A stretch of DNA of 64,000 nucleotides from Endomicrobiia bacterium. GTDB taxonomy: Bacteria; Elusimicrobiota; Endomicrobiia; DTEH01. Under the pieces are notes generated by a model that had not been told where the DNA came from, made no database searches, and was given only the letters and a program-made list of their open reading frames with translations. The translations under genes were made by a program, and so were the position numbers. This document shows, one piece after another, positions 58,486 through 64,000 of the stretch (its first letter is position 1; every line of letters starts with the position of its first letter). The DNA lies in NCBI GenBank assembly GCA_039630545.1, contig JBCNUU010000001.1, forward strand, positions 128,001 through 192,000, read 5' to 3'.

Positions 58486-61131
58486 ATGTTAAGATATATT
58501 TTATCCAAAATTTTTGGTTCACAAAATGAAAGATATTTAAGATCACTAAAGCCAATAATAGAAAAAATTAATTCTTATGAAAATGAATTAGAAAAACTAT
58601 CAGATAGTGCTTTAAGAGAAAAAACTTATGAGTTTAAACAAAGGCTTAAAAACGGAGAGACGCTTGATGAAATTTTACCAGAAGCTTTTGCCGTAGTTAG
58701 AGAAGCCTCTAAACGTACAATAAAATTACGCCATTTTGATGTTCAACTTATAGGAGGAATTGTTTTACATCAAGGGAAAATTGCTGAAATGAAAACTGGA
58801 GAAGGAAAAACTTTAGTTGCAACTTTAGCTGCTTATCTTAATGCTTTAGAAGGCAATGGCGTTCATATTGTAACAGTAAATGACTATCTTGCAAAAAGAG
58901 ATAGATTCTGGATGGGGCCAATTTATGAATTTTTAGGTTGTAGTGTTGGTTATATTGAGCATGATATGGATCCACAAATAAGAAAGCAGATGTATGCATG
59001 TGATATTACCTATGTTACAAATAATGAACTTGGTTTTGATTATTTAAGAGATAATATGGTGTTAAAAAAAGAAGATAAAGTCTTAAGAGGTCTTAATTAT
59101 GCTATTGTGGATGAAGTAGATTCTATTTTAATAGATGAAGCAAGAACACCCCTTATAATTTCAGGTCCAGCAGAAGAATCCACAGAAAAGTATTATATAG
59201 CCAACAAGCTGGTTCCAAGATTAAATATAAAAATTATCACTGAAGATGAAGAAATAGAAGCAAAATATAAAGGAATAAATATCTATAAAGGTTATGATGC
59301 TATAGTAGATGAAAAAAATCATACAGTAGTTTTAACCGATGAAGGTATCAAAAAATGTGAGAAATTACTAAATATTTCAAACCTATATGATGATTTATCT
59401 TCTGACTGGGTTCACATAATTACCCAGGCGATAAGAGCTCATAAACTGTTTCATAGAGATGTTCACTATGTAGTTAAAGATGGAGAAATAATTATTGTTG
59501 ATGAGTTTACTGGTCGTCTTATGCCTGGTAGAAGATGGTCCGATGGATTGCATCAAGCAATAGAGGCAAAAGAAAACTTACCTATCAGAGAAGAGAACCA
59601 AACACTTGCAACCATAACATTTCAAAATCTTTTTAGAATGTATAAAAAACTTGCTGGTATGACCGGAACGGCGTTAACTTCAGCTGATGAATTTTGGGGT
59701 GTTTATAAACTTGATGTAGTAGTGATACCTACTCACAAGCCAATGATAAGAAAGGACCATCCAGATGTTGTATACAGAACAGAAAAAGAAAAATGGCAAG
59801 CGATAGTAAATGATATTGAGTATCACTACAGAAAAGGTCAACCTGTACTTGTAGGGACTCGTTCTATAGAAAAAAATGAATTTCTTTCATCTCTTCTAAG
59901 AAGAAGAGGGATTCCTCATCAGGTATTAAATGCAAAACACCATGAAAGAGAAGCTCAAATTATTGCTCAAGCAGGAAAACTTAAAACAGTAACAGTTGCT
60001 ACCAATATGGCGGGTAGGGGGGTAGATATAATTTTGGGAGGTAAACCTTCTCCTGAAGATGCTTCTCATCTTATATGCAATGATCCGAACTGTAAAGTTG
60101 AGTTTCTTCATAATAAAGAATATCATGAAGTGGTAAATTTAGGAGGGCTTTATGTTATAGGGACTGAACGTCATGAAGCCAGAAGAATAGATGATCAACT
60201 AAGGGGAAGAAGCGGTAGGCAAGGAGATCCTGGTGAATCAAGGTTTTATGTTTCACTTGAAGATGAACTCATGAGATTATTTGGTGGTATAAAGATGTCT
60301 GAAATTATGCTTAAGTTGGGAATGAAAGAAGGAGAAAGTATTCAGCATCCGTGGATTACAAAATCAATAGAAAGAGCACAAAAGCGTGTTGAAGCTACAA
60401 ATTATGATATAAGAAAACAACTTTTAGAATATGACGATGTAATGAATAAACAAAGAGAAGCTGTTTATTCTTTAAGGGATGCAATATTAGAAGGAAAAGA
60501 TCTTGAGGAGAGAATACTCACAATGTTAGAGGAATCAGTGGAAGATAAAATAGAAAATTTTTGTACTGCCAAATATCCTGAGGAATGGAACTGGACTGCT
60601 TTAAATTTATGGTTAAACAGAGTATTTGATGTTTCGTTTCAGCTTCAAGATAGAGATGTAAACAAAATAACTAAACAAAAGCTGAAAGAGGAGATTGTTA
60701 AGTTAGTAAAAGAAAGATATTATAAAAGAAAAGAGGAACTTACACCAGAAGTATTTTTTGAATTACAAAAAATAGTGTTTTTAAATATGTTAGATATAGC
60801 TTGGAGAGAACATCTCTATGAGTTAGATCATCTTAAAAGAAGCGTAGGACTTAGAGCATATGGCCAAAAAGATCCTCTTGTGGAATATAAAAAAGAAAGT
60901 TATATCTTATTTAATAATCTAAAAACAAGAGTGAGAGAACAAACAATTGAATATGTGTTTAAATTACAACCAATCGTAAGACAATATCAACCATCCAGAA
61001 CAATGGGTGGAGTTGTTTCTACCATTAAAGAACCTTCACAAAAAGTAAAAATTGGAAAAATAGGCAGAAACGATCCCTGTCCTTGTGGTAGTGGTAAAAA
61101 GTACAAAAAGTGTTGTGGAAAAAGTGTATAG
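58486..61131 (+). CDS. secA: Preprotein translocase subunit SecA
   Basis: [48 protein letters not shown] motif. Confidence 0.98.
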   Translation: MLRYILSKIFGSQNERYLRSLKPIIEKINSYENELEKLSDSALREKTYEFKQRLKNGETLDEILPEAFAVVREASKRTIKLRHFDVQLIGGIVLHQGKIAEMKTGEGKTLVATLAAYLNALEGNGVHIVTVNDYLAKRDRFWMGPIYEFLGCSVGYIEHDMDPQIRKQMYACDITYVTNNELGFDYLRDNMVLKKEDKVLRGLNYAIVDEVDSILIDEARTPLIISGPAEESTEKYYIANKLVPRLNIKIITEDEEIEAKYKGINIYKGYDAIVDEKNHTVVLTDEGIKKCEKLLNISNLYDDLSSDWVHIITQAIRAHKLFHRDVHYVVKDGEIIIVDEFTGRLMPGRRWSDGLHQAIEAKENLPIREENQTLATITFQNLFRMYKKLAGMTGTALTSADEFWGVYKLDVVVIPTHKPMIRKDHPDVVYRTEKEKWQAIVNDIEYHYRKGQPVLVGTRSIEKNEFLSSLLRRRGIPHQVLNAKHHEREAQIIAQAGKLKTVTVATNMAGRGVDIILGGKPSPEDASHLICNDPNCKVEFLHNKEYHEVVNLGGLYVIGTERHEARRIDDQLRGRSGRQGDPGESRFYVSLEDELMRLFGGIKMSEIMLKLGMKEGESIQHPWITKSIERAQKRVEATNYDIRKQLLEYDDVMNKQREAVYSLRDAILEGKDLEERILTMLEESVEDKIENFCTAKYPEEWNWTALNLWLNRVFDVSFQLQDRDVNKITKQKLKEEIVKLVKERYYKRKEELTPEVFFELQKIVFLNMLDIAWREHLYELDHLKRSVGLRAYGQKDPLVEYKKESYILFNNLKTRVREQTIEYVFKLQPIVRQYQPSRTMGGVVSTIKEPSQKVKIGKIGRNDPCPCGSGKKYKKCCGKSV

Positions 61132-61162
61132 TTTTTATAAAAATAAATTATAATGTCTAAGA

Positions 61163-62752
61163 ATGTCTAAGCAATACTTAATTAGTTTTTTTTTGAATTT
61201 ATTGTCAGGTATTCTTTTCTTTTTATCTTTTCCTAAATTTGGTCATGGTATTTTTGCTTGGTTTTGTTTTGTTCCGTCTTTACTTGTACTATTTTATTTA
61301 AAAAATACCCAGGTAAGTTTGAAAAAAATATTTCTTTTAGGTGTAGCATTTGGTATAGCTGGATATTGCGGATTACTTTATTGGATTGTTCCTACCTTTG
61401 TTGTAGCTGGAGAAAATGTTATTTTTGGTGTTATTGCAGTGATTTTGCTTAGCTTATATTGTAGCTTATATTATAGTTTATTTTATATTTTTTCGTTTTA
61501 TGTTCAAAAAATAAATTTATTTTTTTATTCTCTATTGTTATCTTGTTTGTGGATTTTGCTTGAATATTTAAAAAGTTTTCTTTTCAGTGGATTTCCATGG
61601 ATGTTGCTGGGATATTCACAATATGAGAATCTAAAAATGATACAGATTGCAGAATATTTTGGTGTATACGGAGTTAGTTTTATTTTGATATTTTTTAATG
61701 TTTTTTTAACGAGAGCTCTATATGAATTATTTTTGAAAAAGAAGTTTTTAGAATTCATTTTTAGAATATCTTTGTTGTCTTTTTTCATTTTATTAGTCAA
61801 TATATATGGCCACAATAGAATAAAAACAATCAATGAAAAAATAAAAAAAATTAACAATAAACTTACAGTAGCTATTCTGCAGGGAAACATTGATCAGTAT
61901 AAAAAGTGGGACAGACAATATATAGATTATATTATGAATACATATTCGGAACTCGTTTTTTTATCTCATAAAGAAATAGAAGAAAAAAAACATAATTTAG
62001 TACTTTATATCTGGCCTGAGAGTTCAGCACCAGGATGTGTACTGCAAGAAGATTACTTATATAACTGGATAGTGTCTCTTGTAAAGTTAACAAATACTAA
62101 AAAAATTATTTCATACCATCTAGTTGGAAGTATAAGAAAAGGAAATAAGAAAGATGAGTACTATAACTCAGCCATGTTATTTGAATTTAAAAATTCTAAA
62201 GTAATAGTTAGACAGATATATGATAAAATTCATTTGGTTCCATTTGGAGAATATGTGCCTTTAAGAAGTGTTTTAGGCAAATTTATAAGTACTGTAAATG
62301 AACTTGGTGAATTTACAGAAGGGAAGAGAAATGTTGTTTTTAGGTTAAATGCTAAAGAAATGAGATTTTCTACTCTTATTTGTTATGAAAGTGTTTTTCC
62401 AGAGTTAACTAAAAAATTTGTTATTAATGGAGCTAAATTTTTAGTTAATATTACTAATGATGCATGGTTTCTTAAAACATCAGCTCCTTATCAACATTTT
62501 ATTTTTAATATATTTAGAGCAATAGAAAATAGGTGCTACTTGATTAGAGCAGCTAACACAGGAATTTCTTCTATAATTTATCCAACTGGTTATGTTTATA
62601 AAAAAACTAATTTATTTGAAACAACAAAAATTGTAGATGTTATTAATATCTACCATGAAGATACTTTTTATACTAAATATGGTGAATATTTGTGGCTAAT
62701 GTATTTAGCTGGGTTTTTATTATTAACCATTTTTCTTTATAAAAAAACATGA
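61163..62752 (+). CDS. lnt: Apolipoprotein N-acyltransferase
   Basis: GFPW..LGYSQ, QGNI, WPES, K..LVPFGEY, ICYE, TNDAWF, RA.E, RAANTG. Confidence 0.96.
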   Translation: MSKQYLISFFLNLLSGILFFLSFPKFGHGIFAWFCFVPSLLVLFYLKNTQVSLKKIFLLGVAFGIAGYCGLLYWIVPTFVVAGENVIFGVIAVILLSLYCSLYYSLFYIFSFYVQKINLFFYSLLLSCLWILLEYLKSFLFSGFPWMLLGYSQYENLKMIQIAEYFGVYGVSFILIFFNVFLTRALYELFLKKKFLEFIFRISLLSFFILLVNIYGHNRIKTINEKIKKINNKLTVAILQGNIDQYKKWDRQYIDYIMNTYSELVFLSHKEIEEKKHNLVLYIWPESSAPGCVLQEDYLYNWIVSLVKLTNTKKIISYHLVGSIRKGNKKDEYYNSAMLFEFKNSKVIVRQIYDKIHLVPFGEYVPLRSVLGKFISTVNELGEFTEGKRNVVFRLNAKEMRFSTLICYESVFPELTKKFVINGAKFLVNITNDAWFLKTSAPYQHFIFNIFRAIENRCYLIRAANTGISSIIYPTGYVYKKTNLFETTKIVDVINIYHEDTFYTKYGEYLWLMYLAGFLLLTIFLYKKT

Positions 62753-63215
62753 AGGTTCAACTCACATTAATCTCAATATCTGCCCTAGCTTGGATATATT
62801 TCAATAAGATTATTAAATCTGACATGTTTGTTTTTAGATGATGTCCAGTATAAAAAATGGATGGCAAAATAGAAACAAAATAAAATCTTCAAAATAGAAA
62901 AACTCCTTAATGTATATTTAGGAATTAAAAGGAAAGTAATAAGTTTTCATCTCTTAAAGTAGAAAACTAAAAAAACTTTAAAATTAGTAAATACATGTAA
63001 AAGTCTTTCTTCTTGCATATATATTTCAGTAAGCGCTGTTAAAGGAATGTTTAGTTTTGGATAAATTCAAAAGATACAATATAGATGTATTTTTTCAAAA
63101 TTATACTACTTCAGTATATTCTTAGCTTTATAGAGAGTTTATACCAAATCTTTCTATAATAGAGATGATTTTTAATGTAAGAAAAGAAGAAACTCTTAAA
63201 TATTATAAGCATATG
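62749..63215 (+). pseudogene. WbqC-family pseudogene
   Basis: Reconstructed across stops and frameshifts: H*SQYLP*LGY/FNKIIKSDMFVF/DDVQYKK/GWQNRNKIKS ... [17 protein letters not shown]. Confidence 0.8.
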
Positions 63216-64000
63216 ATACAGCATTTAAAACTTTAAATTGTAGAATGAATTTTTTTCTTTATAAAAGCATAAAATAAATCTTAAAATCAGCTCAACTTTC
63301 CGAAGAAGAATTTGTAAATGGATTTGGGGAACTGTTATGTAAATTTTTTCAAAACAAAATATAGCATATGTGTTTCTTAAGAAAGCGTAGATTTATATTT
63401 AGCACTTTAAAGTTTAAGTATAGGAAAAAGTTGTGATGTGATAATCTCTTCTTATAGTTGCTTTTGGCAGTTATTAATAGTGTTCTTTAAACTAGCGAAA
63501 TCCTATAATTGCTAATTGTGAATATGGACACCTTACTTATTTGGATATCCAACTGAAGATATTAGATTTAGGAATTCCAGTAATAGAAGATACTGCTCAA
63601 ATTAAATTGTCAGTACAAAAATTAATGGAAAGTTTGTAGTTAATTTTGGAGTAATAAATACGATTTTTTTTATGCAACTAAAATGTTTACGACTTTTGGA
63701 GAAGGTGATGCTTTTTTAACCAATTATTAAAAAATATGAATTTATAAAAGACATAAAGAGTTATGACAAAAAATATAGTTTTTTTGTGTACAGGATGATT
63801 TTAAAATATCAAAAATTCAAGCACTTAAGAGATTAATTCAACTTAAAAATATCTATATAATAAAAAAAGAAAAAATTTTTTTAATGCTACAAAAATAGAT
63901 TTAAAAATTGTAATAATATAAAAATATTCACTTTGTTGAGTAATATAGAAACAGTATTTTACAGATTTAAATTATAGAAAACAAAAAACATATAAAGTAG
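63213..64000 (+). pseudogene. DegT/DnrJ/EryC1/StrS aminotransferase pseudogene (3' end uncertain, possibly past the window)
   Basis: Fragments MIQHLKL*I, LYLAL*SLSIGKSCDVIISSYSC, PYLFGYP, LGIPVIEDTAQ, FFYATKMFTTFGEG (PLP-lysine motif). Confidence 0.8.

Overview
Very AT-rich bacterial chromosome segment from a diderm organism (lnt, LpoB-like and outer-membrane beta-barrel genes). The gene style suggests Elusimicrobiota, but this is an unverified impression. Nearly all genes lie on the + strand. In order: (1) a carbohydrate ABC transporter + GH130 mannoside phosphorylase + cupin operon running into a GAF histidine kinase, a receiver protein, a diguanylate cyclase and a compact, divergent sigma-54-like gene; (2) an ECF sigma / TPR-beta-barrel / zinc anti-sigma / secreted Pro-repeat protein locus; (3) a HypA-like ORF, tRNA-Lys, nrdJ with tandem NrdR boxes, dcd, guaB3, guaA, PMM/PGM, hsp20, bioY; (4) uvrA, radical SAM, rmuC, trpA, argH, lysA, dapF, dapA; (5) about 1.4 kb of apparently decayed DNA; (6) tRNA-Pro, rpiB, TPR protein, lipoprotein, deoC and a four-gene module; (7) proS, rimP, nusA, infB, rbfA, DHH, ribF, EF-G2, lpoB-like, epimerase, recR, two O-antigen-ligase/TPR genes, csp, secA, lnt; (8) WbqC and DegT-family pseudogenes. 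The module in (6), at 36080-41135, is the best candidate for an undescribed system. It encodes a GAF-GGDEF protein, a PilT ATPase, a hypothetical protein and a DnaA-type AAA+ ATPase that lacks the DNA-binding domain IV. By manual alignment, the DnaA paralog shares its N-terminal domain with the cyclase (visible only by reading through an in-frame TAA at 36203) and its C-terminal domain with the hypothetical protein. All calls come from reading motifs by eye; no searches were run.
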